The position numbers and the translations under genes were made by a program. Positions 35,744-35,892 of a DNA stretch of 35,892 nucleotides are shown piece after piece. The stretch is from Sphingobacteriaceae bacterium. GTDB lineage: Bacteria > Bacteroidota > Bacteroidia > Sphingobacteriales > Sphingobacteriaceae. Position 1 is the stretch's first letter. Every line of letters begins with the position of its first letter. The DNA lies in contig CANJWF010000001.1 of NCBI GenBank assembly GCA_947478315.1, positions 1-35,892 of the forward strand, read 5' to 3'. The notes beneath the pieces are model-generated. The model saw only the letters and a list, made by a program, of their open reading frames with translations. It did no database searches and had not been told where the DNA came from.

Positions 35744-35892
35744 ACTTACAGGGCAAACGCATTAAAAATTCATGAGTGTTTGTAAATAAGAAATGTCCAT
35801 AGCGGCTATCCTCCTTTTTCTTTTCATACTGCATGTTTTTGTTTTGTCGTTTTTGATGATATTCAAAGCTACTTTATTTATTAGCGAGAAGT

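Overview
AT-rich (mid-30s % GC by eye) chromosomal segment that looks like Bacteroidota. Support: the housekeeping genes present, signal-peptide and lipoprotein-rich ORFs, TAnnTTTG -7 promoter boxes and no Shine-Dalgarno sites. Most of the window is ordinary core genome: a partial PPTase, lipB, a sensor histidine kinase, a deoxyhypusine-synthase homologue, a 4-gene secreted cluster (two heme-motif lipoproteins, YceI, a beta-barrel), a SurA-like PPIase, a MoxR ATPase, a bacilliredoxin, pabB, a GH2 beta-mannosidase homologue, two amidohydrolases, lpxH, lnt, a cobalamin riboswitch with nrdB-nrdA, pyrD, an O-antigen-ligase/TPR membrane protein and pepP. No rRNA, tRNA, CRISPR array, integrase or transposase was seen. 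The unusual layer is at least four families of small non-coding MITE-like repeats. Two copies sit in frame inside the GH2 ORF, and that ORF also appears to have lost both catalytic glutamates. One copy splits a ParE-type toxin-antitoxin operon. Others abut or provide the start codons of lnt and the MoxR gene. Two families form nested inverted-repeat pairs (15205-17340) around two small paralogous STAS-like genes, between a PAS-like hypothetical and an alpha-oxoamine-synthase-family PLP enzyme. I rate that 14.4-18.9 kb accessory island and the in-frame repeats as the most likely undescribed biology. All functional calls come from motif recognition by eye. No searches were run.
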